Below are positions 10,653-19,144 of a stretch of 64,000 bases of DNA, in pieces. Both the position numbers and the translations under genes were made by a program. The notes beneath the pieces are model-generated. The model was given only the letters and a program-made list of their open reading frames with translations, was not told the DNA's origin and did not search any database. Source of the stretch: an uncultured Alphaproteobacteria bacterium (GTDB lineage: Bacteria > Pseudomonadota > Alphaproteobacteria > Rhizobiales > Beijerinckiaceae); the NCBI GenBank assembly GCA_963828985.1, contig CAWHGT010000002.1, positions 264,679 to 328,678 on the forward strand, written 5' to 3'. Numbering within the stretch: the first letter of the stretch is position 1; each line of letters begins with the position of its first letter.

Positions 10653-12971
10653 TCAGGCGCTGCGTTGCCGCCGGCCCTTGTTCTTGACGCGCGGCGTCGT
10701 CTTTCGGTTCGTGGCGGATTTCGTCGTTCCCCGGGCGCCTTTATCGCCAGCACCCCTGCCGCCGGGCTTCTTGCGGCTGAAGCGTCCTTCGGAGAGAAGC
10801 TCGAACCGCAGCGCACCCGCGACCGGAGCCGCTTCCACGAGCTTCACCTGCACGCGGTCGCCGAGCCGGTAGGTTTCTCCCGTACGCTCGCCGCGCATGG
10901 AATGCGTCCTGTCGTCGTAGCGGTAATAATCAGCCCCGATGGTGGCGGCCGGCACGAAACCGTCCGCGCCCGTCTCGTCGAGCTTGATGAAGAGACCCGA
11001 CTTGGTGACGCCGGAGATCTGGCCTTCGAATGTGGCGCCGATGCGGTCGGCCAGGAAATGGGCGATCAGGCGATCGTTGGTCTCCCGTTCCGCCGCCATG
11101 GCGCGGCGCTCGGCCGCCGAGATGCGGGCGCTGATCTCGATCAGCTCGGCGCGGGTGGTGTCTGGCGGCAAGCCGTCCTTGCCGAGCTTCAGCGCGGTAA
11201 TGAGCGCGCGGTGGACGATCAGGTCCGCGTAGCGGCGGATCGGCGAGGTGAAATGCGCGTAGCGCTTCAGGTTCAGGCCGAAATGGCCGTAATTGTCGGC
11301 CGAATACTCGGCTTGCGATTGCGAGCGCAGCACGACCTCGTTGATGAAGAGCTGGTGCTCGGATCCGTCCACGCTACGCAGGATGCGGTTGAAAAGCTCC
11401 GGACGGATCGGCCCCTGCGTCGGCATCTTCAGCGCGATGGAGGCCAGAACTTCGCTCAAAGCCCGCATCTTCTCGAGCGACGGCTCGTCATGCACCCGGT
11501 AGATGAGATCGGACTTTGCCTTCTCCAGCGTCTCGGCGGCCGACACGTTGGCGAGGATCATGAATTCTTCGATGAGCTTGTGAGCATCGAGCCGCTGCGG
11601 CACCAGAACCCGATCCACCGTACCGTCGGGCTTCAGCAGGATCTTGCGTTCCGGCAAATCGAGAAACAGCGGCTCGCGGATGTCGCGTGCGCGCTTCACC
11701 GCCTCATAGGCGTCCCAGAGCGGCTTCAGGATCGTCGCGAGGAGGGGGCCGGTCGTATCGTCCGGCGTGCCATCGATCGCAGCCTGCGCCTGCTGGTACG
11801 ACAGTTTCGCCGCGGAACGCATCATGATGCGGTGGAAAGTGTGGCTGCGCTTTCGGCCGTCGGCGCCGATGATCATCCGTACGGCGAGCGCCGGGCGCGG
11901 CTCATGCGGGCGCAACGAACAGAGATCGTTGGAGATTCGCTCCGGCAGCATCGGCACGACGCGGTCGGGGAAATACACCGAGTTGCCGCGTTCCTGCGCT
12001 TCGCGGTCGAGCGCTGTGCCGGGCCGCACGTAGGCGGCCACGTCGGCGATCGCGACGGTGACGATGAAACCATCGGGATTGTCGGGATTGTCGTCAGCCG
12101 CCGCATGGACGGCGTCATCGTGGTCCTTGGCGTCCGGCGGGTCGATGGTGATGAGCGCAAGGTCGCGCCAATCCTCGCGGCCCGCGAGTTTCGCAGGCTC
12201 GACCCGGTCCGCTTCCACTTGAACTTCCGGCGGGAACGCATTGGGAATGTTGTGGGTATGGATGGCGATGAGGCTGACGGCCTTCTCGGATTTCACCGAG
12301 CCGAGGCGCTCCTTCACCTTGGCGTGCGGAAGCCCGATGCGGGGATGCTTCACCACCGAGGTGGCGACGAGATCGCCGTCCTGCGCGCCGCCCTCGTCGC
12401 CCGGCATGATGTGAATTTCGCGCTCGCGGGATTTTTTCTCGACCGGAATCAGACGGCCGCCGCCCTCAGGCAGGCTGCGGAAGATGCCGAGCACCTGGGC
12501 GCGCTGCTTTTCGAGGATCTTCGTCACCCGTCCGGCATAGCGATGAATGTCGCCGCTGGTGAGCGGGTTGACGCGGATCAGCGCGCGGTCGCCGACGCCC
12601 GGGACAGGCGATCCGGGCCTTGGCTTGCGCGGCATCGAGATGATGATGGTGGGGATCGGACCGTGCTCGTCTACGTCCCACTCGGTCGGTTCAGCGATCA
12701 GCTCGCCGTCGCGATCCCGCTTTTTGATGTCGGCGAGCACTACCGGCGGCAATTGCCCGGCGCGGTGAACGTTCTTTCCCCGCCGGTCGACGACGCCGTC
12801 GATCTCGAGATCCTTCAGCATCTGCTTCAACCAGATCCGGTCGCCGCCCTTGATGTTGAAGGCCTGGGAGATCTCGCGCTTGCCCACCTTGCCGGGCGTT
12901 TCGGCGATGAAGGCGACGATCTGTTCGCGGGAAGGGAGCCCGGAAGGTGCGGGTTTGTTGCGTTTAGCCAA
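10653..12971 (-). CDS. rnr: Ribonuclease R
   Basis: ITIDPPDAKDHDDA, YAHFTSPIRRYADLIVHR, S1 domain, basic tail; TTG start approximate. Confidence 0.95.
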   Translation of the reverse strand: MAKRNKPAPSGLPSREQIVAFIAETPGKVGKREISQAFNIKGGDRIWLKQMLKDLEIDGVVDRRGKNVHRAGQLPPVVLADIKKRDRDGELIAEPTEWDVDEHGPIPTIIISMPRKPRPGSPVPGVGDRALIRVNPLTSGDIHRYAGRVTKILEKQRAQVLGIFRSLPEGGGRLIPVEKKSREREIHIMPGDEGGAQDGDLVATSVVKHPRIGLPHAKVKERLGSVKSEKAVSLIAIHTHNIPNAFPPEVQVEADRVEPAKLAGREDWRDLALITIDPPDAKDHDDAVHAAADDNPDNPDGFIVTVAIADVAAYVRPGTALDREAQERGNSVYFPDRVVPMLPERISNDLCSLRPHEPRPALAVRMIIGADGRKRSHTFHRIMMRSAAKLSYQQAQAAIDGTPDDTTGPLLATILKPLWDAYEAVKRARDIREPLFLDLPERKILLKPDGTVDRVLVPQRLDAHKLIEEFMILANVSAAETLEKAKSDLIYRVHDEPSLEKMRALSEVLASIALKMPTQGPIRPELFNRILRSVDGSEHQLFINEVVLRSQSQAEYSADNYGHFGLNLKRYAHFTSPIRRYADLIVHRALITALKLGKDGLPPDTTRAELIEISARISAAERRAMAAERETNDRLIAHFLADRIGATFEGQISGVTKSGLFIKLDETGADGFVPAATIGADYYRYDDRTHSMRGERTGETYRLGDRVQVKLVEAAPVAGALRFELLSEGRFSRKKPGGRGAGDKGARGTTKSATNRKTTPRVKNKGRRQRSA

Positions 12972-13076
12972 AGGGACAACTCGGTGAGTGCATGAGGTCT
13001 TGTCGCATGCGGGGAACAAGGCCGCTAGCTCTGACGTTCCCGGCCATAAATTTGGAAGGCCCAATTGCCCGCGGAC

Positions 13077-13145
13077 AAAAAAAAGGCCCCGTTTGAAGGG
13101 GCCTTTAAGGGACCGGCTCGTGGGGGCAGAATGAGCCGGTGATGG
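13077..13145 (-). ncRNA. Candidate small RNA (two hairpins: C-rich loop plus Rho-independent terminator)
   Basis: ACCGGCTC-attctgcccccac-GAGCCGGT, then AAAGGCCCC-ttcaaac-GGGGCCTTTTTTTT, directly downstream of an EcfG-type promoter. Confidence 0.65.
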
Positions 13146-13150
13146 TCTTC

Positions 13151-13175
13151 AACGGCCATGCCGAGGCAAAGTTCC
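13151..13175 (-). promoter_or_regulatory. EcfG/sigmaT general stress response promoter
   Basis: Minus strand GGAAC-tttgcctcggcatggc(16)-CGTT, matching the GGAAC-N16/17-CGTT consensus. Confidence 0.7.
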
Positions 13176-13242
13176 CGGGATGTGGGAGATTTTTCAAAAA
13201 ATTTTTCATCAGCGATCGGGCGGCTTTTCTTGGCGCTCCGCC

Positions 13243-15348
13243 TCAAATATCCAGCGCTTCCTCGTCGGCGAAGGCCGCGCGTTCCTGGATGAAAGCGAAG
13301 CGCGCCTCGGGCTTGTTGCCCATCAGGCGCTCGACCGCATCGCCCGTCTCAGGGCGCTCGTCGGCGTCGATCACCACCTTCAAAAGCATGCGCTTCTTCG
13401 GGTCCATGGTGGTCTCCTTCAGCTGCGCCGGCAGCATCTCGCCCAGGCCCTTGAACCGCCCGATCTCGATTTTGCCGCTGCCCTTGAAGGCTGATTTCAC
13501 CAGCCGGTCCTTGTCGGCGTCGTCGCGGGCATAGACGGTCTTCGCCCCTTGCGTCAGCCGATAGAGGGGCGGGACCGCCAGGTAGAGGTGGCCCGCATCG
13601 ATGAGGCGCGGCATCTGCCGGTAGAAGAACGTGATGAGCAGCGACGCGATATGCGCGCCGTCCACGTCCGCGTCGGTCATGATGACGACGCGCTCGTAGC
13701 GAAGGTCGGCATCGCGATAAGCCGTGCCCATGCCGCAGCCGAGCGCCTGCACGAGGTCGGAGAGCTGCTGGTTCTGGTGCAGCTTGTCACGGCCCGCCGA
13801 CGCCACGTTGAGGATCTTGCCGCGAAGGGGGAGGATCGCCTGGCTCTTGCGGTCTCGCGCCTGCTTTGCCGAGCCACCGGCCAAATCGCCCTCGACGATG
13901 AACAATTCGGAGCCGGCCGCGCCCGCGTTGGAGCAATCCGCGAGCTTGCCGGGGAGGCGCAGCTTGCGGGTCGCGGTCTTGCGGGCGACTTCCTTCTCCT
14001 GCCGCCGCCGAAGCCGCTCGTCGGCGCGATCGAGGACCCATTCGAGAATTTTGTTGGCCTGGAGCGGGGAGGCGGCGAGCCAATGGTCGAAGGTATCGCG
14101 GATCGCGCTCTCGACGATGCGGCCCGCCTCCAGCGTCGCCAGCTTGTCCTTCGTCTGCCCTTGGAATTCCGGCTCGCGGATGAACACCGACAGCATGGAG
14201 GCGCAGGTCGACATCACGTCGTCGGTGGTGGCCGGCGCCATGCGCTTCTGCTGCCCGACACGTTCGGCGTGATCGCGCAATCCCCGCAGCAGCGCGATGC
14301 GCAGACCGTTCTCATGCGTGCCGCCATCCGGGGTCGGCACGGTGTTGCAATAGGATGAGGAAAAGCCGTCCTCGTGGGCCATCCAGGCGACCGCCCATTC
14401 GAGCGAGCCATGGCCGCCCGGCTTGGTGATCTTGCCGGAGAAGATCTGGTCGGAAACCAGCTCCTTGCCCTCGATGTCGTGCGCCAGGTAATCCTTCAGG
14501 CCGTTGGGAAACTTGAACGTGGCCTCGGCCGGAACGTCGGTGCCGGCAAGCAGCGAGGGCGCGCATTTCCAGCGGATCTCGACGCCGCCGAACAGGTAGG
14601 CCTTCGAGCGCGCCATCTTGAAGAGGCGGCGCGGCTGGAAATGCGCCTCCTTGCCGAAGATCTGGTGATCGGGCTTGAAGCGCACCTTGGTGCCGCGGCG
14701 GTTGAGGACGCGCCCGACCGTTTCGAGCTTTGTCTGCGGCAGCCCGCGCGAAAAGGTCTGGCGGTAGAGGGTTTGTCCGCGCGCGACTTCGACCTCCAGC
14801 GTTTCCGACAGCGCATTCACCACCGAGACGCCGACGCCGTGGAGGCCGCCGGAGGTCTCATAGACCTTCGAATCGAACTTTCCGCCCGCATGAAGTGTCG
14901 TCATGATCACTTCGAGGGCCGATTTCTTGGGGAATTTCGGGTGCGGGTCGACCGGGATGCCGCGGCCGTTATCCGTCGCCGAGAGCCAGCCGCCTTCTTC
15001 CAGCTCGACTTCGATGAAGGTGGCGTGGCCGGCCACCGCCTCGTCCATGCAATTGTCGATGACCTCCGCGAAGAGGTGATGATAGGCCTTCTCGTCGGTG
15101 CCGCCGATATACATGCCGGGCCGGCGGCGAACCGGTTCGAGGCCTTCCAGCACCTCGATATCGGACGCGTCGTAACCGCTCTCCTCGGGCAGAGCCTTGG
15201 AAAGCGCGCGCGAAACTTTCGCCGTCGCGGCTTTCGCAGATCCGCTCCGCCGCGCCGATGCTGCGCCCTCTCCGAAAAGATCGTCGTCGTTATTCGTCAT
15301 AGGGACCTTGGTCCGTGGTGATTTGCGTTTGGTCGAAGAAGCACTCAT
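13243..15348 (-). CDS. parE: DNA topoisomerase IV subunit B
   Basis: YDASDIEVLEGLEPVRRRPGMYIG, GLHGVGVSVVNALS, PLRGKILNV, MTDADVDGAHI, RFKGLGEM. Confidence 0.96.
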   Translation of the reverse strand: MSASSTKRKSPRTKVPMTNNDDDLFGEGAASARRSGSAKAATAKVSRALSKALPEESGYDASDIEVLEGLEPVRRRPGMYIGGTDEKAYHHLFAEVIDNCMDEAVAGHATFIEVELEEGGWLSATDNGRGIPVDPHPKFPKKSALEVIMTTLHAGGKFDSKVYETSGGLHGVGVSVVNALSETLEVEVARGQTLYRQTFSRGLPQTKLETVGRVLNRRGTKVRFKPDHQIFGKEAHFQPRRLFKMARSKAYLFGGVEIRWKCAPSLLAGTDVPAEATFKFPNGLKDYLAHDIEGKELVSDQIFSGKITKPGGHGSLEWAVAWMAHEDGFSSSYCNTVPTPDGGTHENGLRIALLRGLRDHAERVGQQKRMAPATTDDVMSTCASMLSVFIREPEFQGQTKDKLATLEAGRIVESAIRDTFDHWLAASPLQANKILEWVLDRADERLRRRQEKEVARKTATRKLRLPGKLADCSNAGAAGSELFIVEGDLAGGSAKQARDRKSQAILPLRGKILNVASAGRDKLHQNQQLSDLVQALGCGMGTAYRDADLRYERVVIMTDADVDGAHIASLLITFFYRQMPRLIDAGHLYLAVPPLYRLTQGAKTVYARDDADKDRLVKSAFKGSGKIEIGRFKGLGEMLPAQLKETTMDPKKRMLLKVVIDADERPETGDAVERLMGNKPEARFAFIQERAAFADEEALDI

Positions 15349-15364
15349 ACCTCATCTCATACGG

Positions 15365-15379
15365 GAACAAATCGGAAAC
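15365..15379 (-). promoter_or_regulatory. Putative alphaproteobacterial LexA box upstream of parE
   Basis: Minus strand GTTT-ccgattt-GTTC (consensus GTTC-N7-GTTC, one mismatch), 16 nt before the parE ATG. Confidence 0.6.
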
Positions 15380-15545
15380 GGGAAGGCTTTCCGGTGGAAA
15401 CTTGTGGGCGATCGGCGGTTCGCCCAAGCCGTGCCCCGGCTCCATGGTTCTTCTAAAGGATGGCTATTCAGTTACGTGAAGAACTGTTTATCTCAGGTTC
15501 ACGTTAAGGCACTCAAAGTGCACCGAGCTTGACGGGAGATGAGAC

Positions 15546-15722
15546 GTGACGCGGATTGTGGCAACCAGCTCCATTCACCTCGATCGTGCGGCACGGGTCG
15601 CCGGGGAAGCCTTCGCGTTCGACGAACCGGACTACGCTCCGGTCGCCAAGTCCGGCTGGGGCACCATCCTATGGCTCACTTTCGGACTTGCCGCGCTCTG
15701 TGTGCTTTACTTCATCGTGTGA
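15546..15722 (+). CDS. Unannotated small membrane protein (58 aa)
   Basis: GGGAGA SD then GTG; MTRIVATSSIHLDRAARVAGEAFAFDEPDYAPVAKSGWGTILWLTFGLAALCVLYFIV*; absent from the ORF track. Confidence 0.6.
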   Translation: MTRIVATSSIHLDRAARVAGEAFAFDEPDYAPVAKSGWGTILWLTFGLAALCVLYFIV

Positions 15723-16202
15723 TCGCGTTTTCGATTTTTCGCCCTTGAGCCAACGGTGGACGATCCCTTCCAGTGCCTTGCCGAAAACCAGAAGTGTCAA
15801 CGCCATGGCGGCCCCGGCGAAGGTGAGAAACCAGGCGCCGAGACCCGCGGTGATTCCGAAGGAGGCGGCGATGATCACGGTCGCTGCGGTCGTGAGGCCA
15901 TGGACCTCCAGCTTGTCCTCTTCTCGCATGATGACGCCGGCACCGAGAAAACCGAGCCCGGTCAGGATGCCCTGGATCACGCGGCTTGCTGCATCCTGCT
16001 GAAAATGAAGGTCGCCGTAGCTCGACCCGACCAGCACGACCATCGCCGAGCCCAGCGAGACGAGACCGAGTGTGCGCGTGCCGATCGGCTTGTCGTGAAG
16101 GTCACGATTGAGGCCGATCGCCATGCCGGCCAGCATCGCCGTCATGAGCCTGAGCAGCATCTCCATGTGATCGTCGGTGATCATTTCCGCCAACGTTACC
16201 AT
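15669..16202 (-). CDS. MgtC/SapB family protein
   Basis: IGLNR..HDKPIGTRTLGLV, SRVIQGILTGLGFLGAGVI, GLTTAAT. Confidence 0.9.
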   Translation of the reverse strand: MVTLAEMITDDHMEMLLRLMTAMLAGMAIGLNRDLHDKPIGTRTLGLVSLGSAMVVLVGSSYGDLHFQQDAASRVIQGILTGLGFLGAGVIMREEDKLEVHGLTTAATVIIAASFGITAGLGAWFLTFAGAAMALTLLVFGKALEGIVHRWLKGEKSKTRSHDEVKHTERGKSESEP

Positions 16203-16232
16203 GGAGTTGAACTACGTCCTCAAAGTTGTTCT

Positions 16233-18995
16233 TCAGGCTGATTTCTTCGCCACGGCGACCTTCGAGGCCGATTTTTTGACGGCGACCTTCTTGCCAGCGG
16301 CCTTCTTGGTGGAAGTTTTTTTGGCTGTTTTCTTGACCGCGACTTTCTTCACCGCCGCCACCGCCGACTTCGCCGCTACCTTCTTGGTGGCCGTTTTCTT
16401 GGCCGCGGCCTTTTTGGCCGGCGCTTTCTTGGTCGCAGCCTTTCGGCCCCGAGCGGGCTTTTTCGACGGGCCGGCGGCCCGGCGCGCCACGAGAAGCGCG
16501 ATAGCCTCCTCCAGCGTCACCGCCTCGGCGGTTACCGATCGCGGCAAGGTGGCGTTGGTCTCACCGTCCGTCACGTAGGCGCCGAAGCGGCCGGCCTTGA
16601 CCACGATGGGCTTGGCCGATTCCGGATCTTCTCCGAGCGGTCGGCCGGGATCGGCGGCGCCGCGACGAAAACCACCGCCGTTTTCCTTGGCGACGATGAG
16701 ATCGATGGCGCGGTTGCCGCCGATCTCCAGCACGTCGTCGTCATTGCCGATATTGGCGTAGACCTTGCCGTGCTGAACATAGGGACCATAGCGCCCGATG
16801 CTGGCGAAGATCGGCTCGCCCGAAACCGGGTGCCGCGCGACTTCGCGGGGCAAGGCGAGCAGTTTCAGCGCGGTCTCGAGGTCGATCGAGGCCGCGGAAC
16901 GCCCCTTCGGCAGCGACGAGCGCTTGGGCTTTTCGCCTTCGCCGAGTTGCACGAAGGGACCGAAGCGGCCGTCGCGGATCGTCACCTGCTGGCCGCTCTC
17001 CGGATCGTCGCCGAGGACGCGCACGCCGGGCTGGCCACCGTTCTCGGAGGTTCCCTCGCCCTCGCCATTGGCGCCGGTCACGGCGAGCTGGCGGGTGAAC
17101 TTGCATTCCGGATAGTTCGAGCAGCCGATGAAGGCGCCGAATTTTCCGAGCTTCAGCGAGAGCTGGCCGGTGCCGCAGGTCGGGCAGGTGCGCGGGTTCG
17201 AGCCGTCGCCCTTGTCGGGGAAGATATGCGGGCCGAGGAGTTCGTTCAGGCTGTCGAGAACCTGCGTCGTCCGCAGGTCCTTGGTCTCGCCGATGGCGGC
17301 CGAGAAATCGCGCCAGAAATCGCGCAGGACCTGCTTCCAGTCGATCTCGTGGTTGGAAATCCGGTCGAGCTGCTCTTCGAGGTCGGCGGTGAAATCGTAT
17401 TCCACGTAGCGGCGGAAGAAGCTTTCCAGGAACGCGATGACGAGGCGGCCCTTGTCCTCGGGAACGAGGCGCTTCTTGTCGATGCGCACATATTCGCGGT
17501 CACGCAACACCTGCAGCACCGCCGCATAGGTGGATGGGCGGCCGATGCCGAGCTCTTCCATGCGCTTGACGAGGCTCGCCTCGGAGAAACGCGGCGGCGG
17601 CTCGGTGAAATGCTGGGTCGAGACGATGCGGCGGCGGGTGAGCGGGTCGCCCTTGCTCATGGGCGGCAGGCGGCCTTCGTCCTCCTCCGCCTCATCGTCC
17701 TTGCTCTCGTTGTAGAGCGTAAGGAAGCCGTCGAACTTGATCACCTGGCCGGAGGCGCGCAGGTCGAGCTTGCGCGGGCCGACCGCCGCCAGAATGTCCG
17801 CGGTGGTGCGCTCCAGCTGCGCCAATTCCATCTGGCTCGCGATGGTGCGGGTCCAGATCAGTTCGTAGAGACGCGCCTGCTCGGGTTCGAGGTACTTCGC
17901 CACGTGCTTGGGCAGACGGCCGATGTCGGTCGGGCGAATGGCCTCGTGCGCTTCCTGTGCGTTCTTGGCTTTCACCAGGTATTTGCGGGGCGCGCCCGGG
18001 ACGTAATTGTCGCCGTATTCGCGGCCGATGACGCGGCGGATTTCCTGCACGGCCGGCGGATCGATATCGACGCCGTCGGTTCGCATATAGGTGATGAGAC
18101 CCACTGTCTCGCCGCCGATTTCCACGCCCTCATAGAGCCTCTGCGCCACGCGCATCGTCTGGGCGGGAGCAAGCCCGAGCTTGCGCGAGGCTTCCTGCTG
18201 CAGGGTCGAGGTGGTGAAGGGCGGATAGGGGTGCCGCTTGGCGGGCTTGGCCTCGATGTTCGAGACCGAGAAGGTGGCAAGCTCCAGATCGCGCTTGAAA
18301 GCCTCGGCCTCCTCGCCCTTGCCGATATCGAGGCGGGTGATCTTGCGACCGTCGGCGCCGACGAGACGCGCGTCGAAGACGCCGCCATCCTTCGTCGCGA
18401 GAGTAGCGATGAGCGACCAATATTCCTGCGACCGGAAGGTTTCGATCTCGAGCTCGCGGTCGCAGACGAGGCGCAGGGCCACCGATTGCACGCGGCCGGC
18501 CGAGCGGGCGCCCGGAAGCTTGCGCCAGAGGACAGGCGAGAGATTGAAGCCGACGAGATAATCGAGGGCGCGGCGGGCAAGATAAGCATCGACCAGCGCC
18601 TGGTCGATCTCGCGCGGGTTGCTCAGCGCCGTGAGCACCGAATCCTTGGTGATGGCGTTGAACGTCACACGCTCGACCGGGATGCCCTTGAGAGCGCGCT
18701 TGTTGTTGAGCGCTTCCAGAACGTGCCAGGAGATCGCTTCGCCTTCGCGGTCCGGGTCGGTGGCGAGAATGAGCTTTTCGGCGCCTTTGACGGCGCGAGC
18801 GATGTCGTTCAGCCGCTTGCCGCCCCGGTCGTCCAGCGCCCAGATCATCTTGAAATCGTCTTCGGGATCGACCGAACCGTCCTTGGCCGGCAGGTCGCGG
18901 ATATGCCCGAAGGAAGCCAGGACCTCGTAATCCTTGCCCAGGTACTTGTTGATCGTCTTGGCCTTCGCGGGCAACTCGACGACGAGGATTTTCAT
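16233..18995 (-). CDS. topA: Type I DNA topoisomerase
   Basis: LATDPDREGEAISWH, SAGRVQSVAL, ITYMRTDG, GIGRPSTY, zinc ribbon, Lys/Ala-rich tail. Confidence 0.96.
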   Translation of the reverse strand: MKILVVELPAKAKTINKYLGKDYEVLASFGHIRDLPAKDGSVDPEDDFKMIWALDDRGGKRLNDIARAVKGAEKLILATDPDREGEAISWHVLEALNNKRALKGIPVERVTFNAITKDSVLTALSNPREIDQALVDAYLARRALDYLVGFNLSPVLWRKLPGARSAGRVQSVALRLVCDRELEIETFRSQEYWSLIATLATKDGGVFDARLVGADGRKITRLDIGKGEEAEAFKRDLELATFSVSNIEAKPAKRHPYPPFTTSTLQQEASRKLGLAPAQTMRVAQRLYEGVEIGGETVGLITYMRTDGVDIDPPAVQEIRRVIGREYGDNYVPGAPRKYLVKAKNAQEAHEAIRPTDIGRLPKHVAKYLEPEQARLYELIWTRTIASQMELAQLERTTADILAAVGPRKLDLRASGQVIKFDGFLTLYNESKDDEAEEDEGRLPPMSKGDPLTRRRIVSTQHFTEPPPRFSEASLVKRMEELGIGRPSTYAAVLQVLRDREYVRIDKKRLVPEDKGRLVIAFLESFFRRYVEYDFTADLEEQLDRISNHEIDWKQVLRDFWRDFSAAIGETKDLRTTQVLDSLNELLGPHIFPDKGDGSNPRTCPTCGTGQLSLKLGKFGAFIGCSNYPECKFTRQLAVTGANGEGEGTSENGGQPGVRVLGDDPESGQQVTIRDGRFGPFVQLGEGEKPKRSSLPKGRSAASIDLETALKLLALPREVARHPVSGEPIFASIGRYGPYVQHGKVYANIGNDDDVLEIGGNRAIDLIVAKENGGGFRRGAADPGRPLGEDPESAKPIVVKAGRFGAYVTDGETNATLPRSVTAEAVTLEEAIALLVARRAAGPSKKPARGRKAATKKAPAKKAAAKKTATKKVAAKSAVAAVKKVAVKKTAKKTSTKKAAGKKVAVKKSASKVAVAKKSA

Positions 18996-19144
18996 GAACG
19001 ACTTCCTGGCGATAGCCGCGAGCATTGGCTCGATGGACGAGGGTGGAAAGCGGCAACGAGCCTGACTTTTCAAGCCTGACTGCCGGGGGCGGATAAGTGG
19101 GTGATGATCGCCGACAAGTCAAATCGGCCTTGGAGGCGATCCCG

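Noticed and set aside
10593-19079. Long antisense ORFs (800 aa opposite rnr, 769 aa opposite topA, and similar)
   Set aside because: Shadow ORFs expected from high-GC codon bias; no recognisable motifs
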